Below, one piece after another: positions 56,043 to 64,000 of a stretch of DNA of 64,000 nucleotides; the first letter of the stretch is position 1; each line of letters begins with the position of its first letter. The stretch covers positions 68,699 through 132,698 of the IMG/VR virus record IMGVR_UViG_3300042453_004434, one strand, 5' to 3'. A program made the position numbers and the translations under genes. The notes below the pieces were generated by a model. It did not search any database, was not told the origin of the DNA, and saw only the letters and a list, made by a program, of their open reading frames with translations. The DNA is from a virus.

Positions 56043-57464
56043 TTAAGAACCCCCAGTATCTAATACATCAAAAGTAACTGAATTACTAAAAGAACTTATA
56101 TTATTAGCATTTGTTCCATCATAAAAATATGCTTTTGCTTTAATAGTATGTGATCCGATTTCTAAATCAGAAGAAGGAGTAAATGTAAAACTGAATGTAT
56201 TGTTTGATTTAACATTTGAAATGATAATATCTCCCAAAGTAGAAATAATAACATTATTATCATATATATCAATTAAAATATCTTCTGAATAAGTAGGCAA
56301 TTCAGTTTGTGTCCAAGTACCAGAAATAGTCGGTCTTTTATTATTTGTATTATTGATATTATTTAAAACTGGAGCAGGCACCGTTAAAGCTTTATAAATA
56401 ATATTAGAAGAATCAGAGCTTGAATTTCCACCATCATTTATTTGTGCTACAAGATTATTTGTTGTTAAACCTAAATAAGGAGAAGAAGGATTTATTTGAT
56501 AAGATAAATCACTGTTTAAAGAAACTGGACCATATACATAACCATCATCATCTAAAGAAACAGTTTTACTCTCTTGACCATAACCTTTAATATCTGGAGA
56601 TCTATTATAACTTGAAACACTTTGTGCGTATATATTACTTGATATTGTTACGCTTGGTATTTTTAAAGATGTGTAAGAATTAAAATTATTTGATATCTGA
56701 GTCAATGCATAAGACGATCCAGCTAAAGTAGTCATTGCTGCATTTATAGAAGAAATCAATTTATGCACAGCCGGTAAGCCTCCTATTGAATTCCCGATTG
56801 CAGGAGCAGTTCTTGATGAGCTAGACGTATACATCCAAGTTCCTAAAATAATCAACTCTCCATTTAAAATACAAAAAACAGCATTTCCAGAATCTCCAGA
56901 AATAACACCTTCACAGTAAGAATATTTTTTTAAATTTTTACTAGCTTTTATGTCCCAAATATAATGATATGGATATCCTCCATAATTACTTTTCCTTAAC
57001 AATCCATCGCCAATAGAAATATTTTTATCTTGATCAATAAAAACAACAGGCATTTCAAGGCCAGAACCGACAGGATCTATAATAGTCTCATAAAAATTAT
57101 CAAAACTACTAGATAAAGTTTTATAATAACACAAAGAAGAATCAATAGTTGTACTTAATACTCCAATTACAATATCAGTATTAGAAATCACTAAAGTATT
57201 GCTAACAGTATAATTAAAAACTTCATTATTATTATTTACAAATTTTACATCAAAAGATTCTCCAGATTCTGCTATCGAATGACGAGCAAATAAAACATGT
57301 TTATTACTTATTAAAACGCCACTTTTTTTAGATTTATTAGCAGATGTTCCTTTATCAACATAAACAGCAACACCAGATAAATCAAAATTTTTTAAAAAAT
57401 GATTTGGATTTCGGGTCCAACTACTTGGTGGATTCTTTGAAGAAAATATATTTCTATCTTTCAT
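56043..57464 (-). CDS. Trypsin-like serine protease with C-terminal Ig-like (Big) domains
   Basis: GVLISNKHVLFARH (His), TDIVIG (Asp), GDSG (Ser); C-terminal RPTISG...GSHTIKAKA...SSFS Ig-like repeats. Confidence 0.75.
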   Translation of the reverse strand: MKDRNIFSSKNPPSSWTRNPNHFLKNFDLSGVAVYVDKGTSANKSKKSGVLISNKHVLFARHSIAESGESFDVKFVNNNNEVFNYTVSNTLVISNTDIVIGVLSTTIDSSLCYYKTLSSSFDNFYETIIDPVGSGLEMPVVFIDQDKNISIGDGLLRKSNYGGYPYHYIWDIKASKNLKKYSYCEGVISGDSGNAVFCILNGELIILGTWMYTSSSSRTAPAIGNSIGGLPAVHKLISSINAAMTTLAGSSYALTQISNNFNSYTSLKIPSVTISSNIYAQSVSSYNRSPDIKGYGQESKTVSLDDDGYVYGPVSLNSDLSYQINPSSPYLGLTTNNLVAQINDGGNSSSDSSNIIYKALTVPAPVLNNINNTNNKRPTISGTWTQTELPTYSEDILIDIYDNNVIISTLGDIIISNVKSNNTFSFTFTPSSDLEIGSHTIKAKAYFYDGTNANNISSFSNSVTFDVLDTGGS

Positions 57465-57465
57465 A

Positions 57466-58608
57466 TTATAACAAAGCTAATGTTTGATTGTTAATAGAAT
57501 CAATTAGTTCTCCAGTAATTAATTCTGCTGCTCCTGAAATAGTAAAACCACTTGTTTCTGAAATTCTAAATGAGAACTGAGAACTAAAAGCCATATTATC
57601 TCCTATTGACAAATTAAAATTTTGAGACTCAACACGGGCATTTGAAATACCAAGAGTATAACTTGTGTCTCCATTGCAATTTTTAAAAACAAAAGTAAAA
57701 TCATATTCGTTTTCATCATCAAATATTTGCGAAAAATCTCCTGTTACAGCTTTATCAAAAATACCATCAAAAGATAATGTTCCAATAACTGGAAATAATA
57801 ATCGTTTATCATAAGGATAATTACTGCCAAACCCCACTAAATCTCTTCTGTCTAAAGGAATTTCTACATTGACTGAAGTTATATTTGCCTCAACAGCACC
57901 TGTATATCTAATACCGCCAATTAAAGGTTGCTGCATCTGTAAAACAATATCTCCTGGTCGCAAAGCGGCAGGTCTAACATCTTGATTAGAAAAATAATTC
58001 TGAGGATTTAGATTAAAAGCTGTTAAAGCATATGTACCAGTTGATCTGATGGTTCCTGTTAAATCAATTGATGGTAATAAAGTTCCAGTTCCTGTATAAT
58101 TTTGAAATAATATATTTAAACAATCATATGACGCGCTTGCTGTTGGTATAGTCCCAACAGCTGCATTTATCGAATAGCTTGTTAAAAAGCAGTTCCCTAT
58201 ACTCATTACATCATAATTAGATAAACTGCCAACATCTGAAAAATCTTCCGCATTAGTATTTGATAAAACGTAAAAAATATTTTGATCTTTACCAAAATCA
58301 GCAAAATTTTTAAAACACCCAGTCACCCCATCTGTTATAAAACCCATTATTAACTCATTAGAATTATCAGTTAAATAATAACTAAAAGAAGTAGATATTT
58401 TAGGATATTGCAAATATCTTTGAAATGTAAAATCAGACGAACCTACTTGCTTCGCTCTAGTTACAGGAGTAGATATTTCAATGTTGCTTGACTGAACACG
58501 TCTAATTGACTTCAAAGAAGCAACACCCGTTTGAGCTTCCCATGAAGGGGATTCCGACATCAAAATCGTATTGCCAGCATATATAACTCTGTTTCTTGTA
58601 TAAGACAT
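57466..58608 (-). CDS. Putative major tail (tube-like) structural protein
   Basis: Beta-rich with two repeated tube-like halves (RVQSSN..R.KQVGS; TSVNVEIPLDRRDLVGFG); GTGTA motif upstream. Confidence 0.55.
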   Translation of the reverse strand: MSYTRNRVIYAGNTILMSESPSWEAQTGVASLKSIRRVQSSNIEISTPVTRAKQVGSSDFTFQRYLQYPKISTSFSYYLTDNSNELIMGFITDGVTGCFKNFADFGKDQNIFYVLSNTNAEDFSDVGSLSNYDVMSIGNCFLTSYSINAAVGTIPTASASYDCLNILFQNYTGTGTLLPSIDLTGTIRSTGTYALTAFNLNPQNYFSNQDVRPAALRPGDIVLQMQQPLIGGIRYTGAVEANITSVNVEIPLDRRDLVGFGSNYPYDKRLLFPVIGTLSFDGIFDKAVTGDFSQIFDDENEYDFTFVFKNCNGDTSYTLGISNARVESQNFNLSIGDNMAFSSQFSFRISETSGFTISGAAELITGELIDSINNQTLALL

Positions 58609-58641
58609 TATATATTATATACACTAACTAAATATAAAAAC

Positions 58642-58674
58642 AAAAAAAGAGCTGCCGATAAAATCGACAGCTCT
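58642..58674 (-). terminator. Intrinsic terminator
   Basis: AGAGCTGTCGAT-TTT-ATCGGCAGCTCT-TTTTTT on the minus strand. Confidence 0.8.
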
Positions 58675-58691
58675 ATTAGTTAAATTATGAA

Positions 58692-58895
58692 TTATACAAC
58701 CTTTGGTGACAATGATTCTCTGATTTTCTTTGAAAGGAAAAGAGTAGTTTCTGCTATTCTCAATCCTTCATACTTTGTTGCTAGATCAAGAATATTTACC
58801 ATTACTGATAGCTCTTCTCTTGTAAAATTAACAGTCAAGATTTCTGTTGGATCTTGAACCGCATTAACTGCGGGAACATTTAAATTATCGCTCAT
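58692..58895 (-). CDS. Hypothetical protein
   Basis: 67-aa ORF. Confidence 0.65.
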   Translation of the reverse strand: MSDNLNVPAVNAVQDPTEILTVNFTREELSVMVNILDLATKYEGLRIAETTLFLSKKIRESLSPKVV

Positions 58896-58931
58896 ACTAC
58901 AATAATATGAAGGAAAATAAAAAAATCAACA

Positions 58932-59537
58932 TTATTTTAACGAATCATGCTGCTCAAAATCAAAAGAGTATTTATTTAAATACATATATTTATTTAAAAA
59001 TTTTGTTTTATTGTTTTCCCAGTTTTCAATAGCAAAAGAGCTTTTATTTATGAGTTTCGAGTCAACGTTATCATCATTAACATCAACCGTTAAAAAATCT
59101 TGGCAAGATTGCTTTTTTATATCTTTACACACATTATAAACAAAATCAAAATCCTCCCAACCGTAACATTTAAATTCTTCATCGAGAAAAAAATTTTCAT
59201 ATATTTTTTTTGACAATATCCAATTGGAACATTTTTCAGGAATATTTTCTTTAGACATTCTATAGCCCAAATGCAACGCACAAAAATCAAGTTTTTTAAA
59301 TGAAGGCAACTTAATTATACTTGAATCAATACCAGATAAAATAATAAGCCAATCTGGCTTTATTATCCTTGCGGCTTTTATACATTTATTTTTTAATCGA
59401 GCAACACTAAAATCAAAAGGAAAATTTTCGCATAATTCAGAAGCGACAAAATAACTAAAATTTCCTGTCACTTTATGAAAAAATGAAAATCTATGACTCG
59501 CTTGAGGAGTCATATAAGAAGTAATCAAAATTTTCAT
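58932..59537 (-). CDS. Divergent GT-A (GT2/GT7-like) glycosyltransferase
   Basis: FSVARLKN, GID, DEEFKCYGWEDFDF (GT7 C-terminal-like motif). Confidence 0.6.
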   Translation of the reverse strand: MKILITSYMTPQASHRFSFFHKVTGNFSYFVASELCENFPFDFSVARLKNKCIKAARIIKPDWLIILSGIDSSIIKLPSFKKLDFCALHLGYRMSKENIPEKCSNWILSKKIYENFFLDEEFKCYGWEDFDFVYNVCKDIKKQSCQDFLTVDVNDDNVDSKLINKSSFAIENWENNKTKFLNKYMYLNKYSFDFEQHDSLK

Positions 59538-59538
59538 A

Positions 59539-60582
59539 TTAATTTAATAAATTTATTAAATTAAATTCATAATTTTTTAAACTAAACTTAGGTAAAACAC
59601 TTTCAGAATATTTTTGCCAATTATGTCTTATATTATCTTTATTTTCATAACAATAACGCATTTGTTCTATTAAAGATTCTTCTTTTACTTCTGCCCAATA
59701 ACCACCATTTTTCCCCCAAGCGTTTATTGCTAATTGTTCTTCATAATCTACAAAAAAAGAATTATCTTTATTACAAAAATCTTTTACTCCGCCATAATTT
59801 GCCGTAATTACTGGCCTACCAACTGCAAGAGATTCTATTTGAAAAAATCCCCAACCTTCAGCTTTTGCGCTTGTTACAAAAACATCAGATTCTTTTAAAT
59901 ATTCATGTACTTCAAAATCTGTTAAATCTTTATAATTAAAAGAAATTCTATCGTCTAATATATTAGATAATTTTGGTTTATCACAAACAGATAATTTAAA
60001 TTTTATTTCCACATCCTTAACATTCTTAAATGCTTTTCTAAATGCTGAAAGAATAATCTCAAAATTTTTTCTTTTACCATTACCCGAAGATGTTGCACTA
60101 CAAGCTCCAGCACAAAAAGTAAATTTTTTTAAATCAGATTTTTCTTTATATACGAAAAGCGAATCGTCAACAAACAACGGTAAATGATTGACTCTTTTGA
60201 CACCACTTAATTTAAAAACGTCTACATTCCATAAAGAAGGAACCATTATTTTTCCTTGAAAATGATTCAACTCTTCAACAGAAAAACGAGGCAAATAAGT
60301 TGATTCCCACATTGTTATAAAAGATATATTATCTTTATCAGGTAAAACATTAATCAAAGACCCATATCTATCTAAAGGCAAAGAAGAAATTATTAATTCA
60401 TCAGCTTTGAAATTTTCTTTAGTTATTTTTCCAAATTTATAATCTGTTTTTTCTTGAAAAAAACCTTCGATTGGAAACAAAGTTAAATCATAGTTTTGCT
60501 TTAAAATATCAACTGTTTTATTAATTAATTTTTTATATCCTGAAATAGCTGAACAAGGAACGCGACAGATTAATTTTTTCAT
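59539..60582 (-). CDS. GT4 glycosyltransferase
   Basis: SGY, TMWES, VPSLWN, RKN, SDVFVTSAKAEGWGFFQIESLAVGRPVI. Confidence 0.9.
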   Translation of the reverse strand: MKKLICRVPCSAISGYKKLINKTVDILKQNYDLTLFPIEGFFQEKTDYKFGKITKENFKADELIISSLPLDRYGSLINVLPDKDNISFITMWESTYLPRFSVEELNHFQGKIMVPSLWNVDVFKLSGVKRVNHLPLFVDDSLFVYKEKSDLKKFTFCAGACSATSSGNGKRKNFEIILSAFRKAFKNVKDVEIKFKLSVCDKPKLSNILDDRISFNYKDLTDFEVHEYLKESDVFVTSAKAEGWGFFQIESLAVGRPVITANYGGVKDFCNKDNSFFVDYEEQLAINAWGKNGGYWAEVKEESLIEQMRYCYENKDNIRHNWQKYSESVLPKFSLKNYEFNLINLLN

Positions 60583-60839
60583 TCTTCAGGTATAAATTGA
60601 TATCCAATTTTAGAATTATTATTTTGTTCAAAAGCTTGTTTTAATGATTCAATTTTATTTTTTAAAGAACTATAAGCTAACTGGCATATTTCTTGTGTTG
60701 TTTTACCAGATATTTCTGAAGAAGATAAGATATGTTCCACGTATGCGCTATTTTCAAAATCGTCTTTAACATTAAAACCAACTAAAAACCTATCTTTATC
60801 AATAAATTCATAACGAGCTATTGTATATATAATATTCAT
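60579..60839 (-). CDS. Hypothetical protein downstream of the tail fibre (possible fibre chaperone)
   Basis: Start trimmed to MNIIY; lies directly behind the fibre gene. Confidence 0.55.
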   Translation of the reverse strand: MNIIYTIARYEFIDKDRFLVGFNVKDDFENSAYVEHILSSSEISGKTTQEICQLAYSSLKNKIESLKQAFEQNNNSKIGYQFIPEE

Positions 60840-60841
60840 TT

Positions 60842-63800
60842 TTAACCTGTATAAAACGGCATTGTATAAACTGTTCCATCTATATCTATTGGCAACCAAC
60901 CCGCAAGGGTTTTTCCAGTAGAACTGCTAGTTAGTGTTGCATTAGAATTAGATATTTTAATAGCAGGTCGAGTACCGCCACTAACACTAGTGATTGTTAA
61001 TGTGCGACTTGTGGCAGGAGCACCACCGATACCAACACTTCCTGTAAATCTTCCATCTCCAACAACATCAAATTTGTAAGCAGGAGATGTTGAACCTATA
61101 CCTACATTTCCACGATCTAATATAAGTACGTCATCATATGCAGTACCATTATTCTTCATTGAAAAGTTATAACGAACAACATTTGCTGTCATTGTCTGTT
61201 TCAAATCTAAATAAAATGCATCTGAAGTATCGAAATAAGCCCATCTTTGAAATACTTGACCATCTGTACCTGTTGAAGAATTATTTACTCTAAGAGTGGG
61301 ATAATCACCATCAGGAACAATTGAAAGTCTTCCTGCTGGATTAGTAGTTCCTATACCCACATTACCACCAGATAACAAAATCATTTTATCAGCATTATTT
61401 ATTCTGAAATAAATATTTTTTGTATTTGCTGCATTCAAATACGTAGTGCCATCTGAATATTGCAGTAAAGCATAAGAATTAGCAGTGGCTCCAATGCTAT
61501 TATGCACAAAAACAGCATAATTGCCGTCCCCTATCCAGCTTCCAAGTCTTGCTTCACCAATTTTAGCACCCAAACCAGCGGTAACTGTTCCAGTATTAAC
61601 ATCTAATTTTTGAGTTGCAGTTGTAGTGCCTATACCAACATTGCCAGATGTATTAATTGTAACTACTTGATTACCAGAGGTATAAAATCTTTGTTCGGTC
61701 CATGTTGAAGAGTTACCGTGTAACAACACAGTTCCAGAGGATGATAATGTAGCATCAGCACCTTCTCCAATTGCACCGTTGTAAGAGATTCTACCAGTCA
61801 CATCTAATTTATAAGCAGGATTTGTTGTGCCTACACCAACGTTACCAGAAACAATAAATGAATCCGTTTGATTTATATTTCCATTATAGCCAACTCTACC
61901 TTGAGTCATTTCTACAACTGGTTTATAATAAACTGTAGTATCTGTTGTATATACAGAACCAACAGTAAGATTCTTAATATTTGTAGCCTCAGCTCCAGAC
62001 GATGCAAAGCTTCTTATTTTAACAAAAGCAGCATTTCCTGTTGATGTTCTATGAATTATAGTTATATAATATTTTCCAGTTGTCGTATTAAAGAAAACAC
62101 CATCAATCGCCCAATTAGTAGCAACCTCACCATATGCAGCTTTATAATAAGAAACATTATCATAAATACTAGAAGTATATGGACCAGTACCACCTGCCGC
62201 ATTCATACCGACAGAGAACACTTTGATCAATTGACCAGTACTTAATTGATCACTGAAATAACTAGTAACTTCAACTTCAAAATTTCCCCATAAAACAGTA
62301 TTTCCAGGCGCAACATCAAATGTAATATTAACTTTTTGATTTGCTACTCCATTGCTAAATGAAATTGCAAAAGTTTTCTCAGCGCATCTTAATGTATATC
62401 TAGTAGTATCATTATAATTATCAAATGCAAATTGAGGACTTGTAGTTCCAACACCTATATTACCATCGCTTGCAATGCGCATTCTTTCTGTACCATTTGT
62501 ATAAAAAGCTGTAACACCATGTGTATAATTAACGTTATTTTTGCTTAACTGTCCCAGTGTTAAAACACCCGCTACACCACCCGTTGTTCCCGGAACATAT
62601 TTAAGAGCAACACTTCTATCAAAATCAATAGCATAATTTGGAGACAAATGTATTTCAGAAGTAGTTGTATTTCCAGAAGTTAACCATAAAGATTCAGAAT
62701 TATTATAGCTATATAATTGAAATGGAGTATGTCCGGCTGTAGCAGCTAATCTTAAATTACCGCCATTTACATGAAGTAATGAAGAAGGTGATGATGTACC
62801 AATTCCAACACTGCCACTTGATGTTGCTAAATATGTTGAAGTTGTTGAAAATAAATTACCACTACTATTTGTATATACTGGAATACTAGAGCTGTAATAT
62901 TGATTACCATAACCTCTAATTCTATTTATTCTTAAAGCGCCCCCTGAAGAAATAGCTTGAGTTGCAGTAAAAGTGAATCTTATATATCTATTATCAGATA
63001 AATCTCCTAAAGAAAAAGCTAATAATCTTGCTTCATTATTTGAAACGGTGACTGTGTTAGTTGCAGTGGTAAATGTAACATTATCAACGCTTTTTTCAAT
63101 TAAAACACTAAATCCATAAAAAGCATTATTTCCATAATCACTTTGAATTGTTATAAAATTAGGTCTACGATATGCTACAGATAAATCAACTGTAAATCTT
63201 TTAGCTGTAATTCCTCCTGAATACTCAGTAAACGTAATAATTTCAACAGAGCTAGTTGCGTTTCCATCAAATAAATTTGCATATGTAGGTCCAGTTGAAT
63301 CTGCGCTCCAACTTGCGCTTTGGAATTTTTCAGGACCTGTCACAGATCTAAATCTTAATGGATCATTGACACCAATTGCATTAGATAAGCTTTCAATTAA
63401 TTCTAAATACGATTGAGGGCCAGCCGCAGGATTAGCTGTAAACGTAGCATATGAAGTTGTAGCAGCAGGCATAGCAACATCTTTTCCTATTCTCACGAAA
63501 TCAGTAAAAATAGAAGTGCCTTCTATATGTAGTTTTTGACTTGGAATAGTTGTTCCAATAGCGACACTTGTTCCATTATCAAAAATTTGAGAATTACCAA
63601 TTGTTGATGAAGAAGTGAATTTAGTTACATAATTTGTTGTTCCTGAAACAGTTACGCTAGTACCACTTGTTCCCGAAGATCCGCTTGTTCCCGAAGATCC
63701 GCTTGTTCCTGAAGATCCGCTTCTTCCTGAAGAACCACTAGTTCCAGACGAACCACTAGTTCCAGATGAACCGCTTGTGCCCGAGGACCCACTTGTTCCT

Positions 63801-64000
63801 GAAGATCCGGGTGTGCCGGGAGTTCCTGCTGAACCATTTCCACCAGAAGTCCCAGATGAACCGTTAGAACCATTTGTTCCAGATGAACCGCTTGTGCCCG
63901 AGGACCCACTTGTTCCTGAAGATCCGGGTGTGCCATTACCACCTGATGTTCCAGAAGAGCCTCCTGATCCATTTGTTCCGCTAGTTCCAGATGAACCACT
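60842..64000 (-). CDS. Long tail fibre / receptor-binding protein, 5' end beyond the window edge
   Basis: The frame of the 884-aa ORF stays open upstream (…SGTSGTSVTVSGTTNYVTKF…FDNGTSVAIGTTIPSQKLHIEG…). It has many GNVGIGTT.P..KL.V.G repeats and a discoidin-like segment. Confidence 0.85.
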   Translation of the reverse strand, partial: SGSSGTSGTNGSGGSSGTSGGNGTPGSSGTSGSSGTSGSSGTNGSNGSSGTSGGNGSAGTPGTPGSSGTSGSSGTSGSSGTSGSSGTSGSSGRSGSSGTSGSSGTSGSSGTSGTSVTVSGTTNYVTKFTSSSTIGNSQIFDNGTSVAIGTTIPSQKLHIEGTSIFTDFVRIGKDVAMPAATTSYATFTANPAAGPQSYLELIESLSNAIGVNDPLRFRSVTGPEKFQSASWSADSTGPTYANLFDGNATSSVEIITFTEYSGGITAKRFTVDLSVAYRRPNFITIQSDYGNNAFYGFSVLIEKSVDNVTFTTATNTVTVSNNEARLLAFSLGDLSDNRYIRFTFTATQAISSGGALRINRIRGYGNQYYSSSIPVYTNSSGNLFSTTSTYLATSSGSVGIGTSSPSSLLHVNGGNLRLAATAGHTPFQLYSYNNSESLWLTSGNTTTSEIHLSPNYAIDFDRSVALKYVPGTTGGVAGVLTLGQLSKNNVNYTHGVTAFYTNGTERMRIASDGNIGVGTTSPQFAFDNYNDTTRYTLRCAEKTFAISFSNGVANQKVNITFDVAPGNTVLWGNFEVEVTSYFSDQLSTGQLIKVFSVGMNAAGGTGPYTSSIYDNVSYYKAAYGEVATNWAIDGVFFNTTTGKYYITIIHRTSTGNAAFVKIRSFASSGAEATNIKNLTVGSVYTTDTTVYYKPVVEMTQGRVGYNGNINQTDSFIVSGNVGVGTTNPAYKLDVTGRISYNGAIGEGADATLSSSGTVLLHGNSSTWTEQRFYTSGNQVVTINTSGNVGIGTTTATQKLDVNTGTVTAGLGAKIGEARLGSWIGDGNYAVFVHNSIGATANSYALLQYSDGTTYLNAANTKNIYFRINNADKMILLSGGNVGIGTTNPAGRLSIVPDGDYPTLRVNNSSTGTDGQVFQRWAYFDTSDAFYLDLKQTMTANVVRYNFSMKNNGTAYDDVLILDRGNVGIGSTSPAYKFDVVGDGRFTGSVGIGGAPATSRTLTITSVSGGTRPAIKISNSNATLTSSSTGKTLAGWLPIDIDGTVYTMPFYTG
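63661..64000 (-). repeat. Coding low-complexity repeat (SGSSGTSG/SGT units) within the fibre gene
   Basis: 9/18-nt periodicity, with an exact 59-bp duplication at 63759-63817 and 63876-63934. Confidence 0.85.

Noticed and set aside
63652-63999. 115-aa ORF (MVHLELAEQ...) in the ORF track
   Set aside because: It is an alternative frame of the Ser/Gly/Thr repeat; the real frame is continuous with the tail-fibre gene.
63661-64000. Possible CRISPR array or non-coding tandem repeat
   Set aside because: Units are multiples of 3 with synonymous variation and no unique spacers, so this is a coding repeat.
1-64000. Bacterial chromosome or eukaryotic giant-virus origin
   Set aside because: Tail genes, a phage-type sigma factor, a compact divergent replisome cluster and bacterial promoters/terminators, with no ribosomal or NCLDV core genes, indicate a large tailed phage.

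Overview
A 64-kb piece of an AT-rich, gene-dense, large tailed dsDNA phage genome (standard genetic code, mostly minus strand, with a short plus-strand block at about 52.5-56.0 kb). Replication and recombination genes include DnaE split into a separate PHP gene and a catalytic gene, a DnaQ-like exonuclease, a PD-(D/E)XK nuclease, primase, DnaB, RecA and a candidate SSB. Nucleotide metabolism genes are class II RNR, dUTPase, dCMP deaminase, GMP reductase and dNMP kinase. Also present: UvsE, a Clp ATPase, a tubulin/FtsZ-family GTPase, a phage sigma factor, Hsp20, one tRNA-Gln(UUG) and tail genes. The most striking element is a 15-kb sugar-biosynthesis island. It holds a GDP-colitose-type trio (Gmd/ColD/ColC) and a module for an unusual C4-branched, possibly carbocyclic, 3,6-dideoxy sugar (RmlB, RfbH, ThDP enzyme, DHQS-like cyclase, SDR, HpcH-like aldolase, methyltransferase). 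About ten glycosyltransferase genes lie across the window, two of them next to a Ser/Gly/Thr-repeat tail fibre. Other candidates for novelty are a lipoprotein with u-spanin-like architecture paired with a membrane-anchored PAS protein, a degenerate SET-like gene inside the polymerase operon, a GT9 split across two genes, a recurring GTGTA upstream motif (putative phage-sigma promoter) and a consensus sigma-54 promoter before hsp20. All functional calls come from motif recognition by eye, with no database searches.
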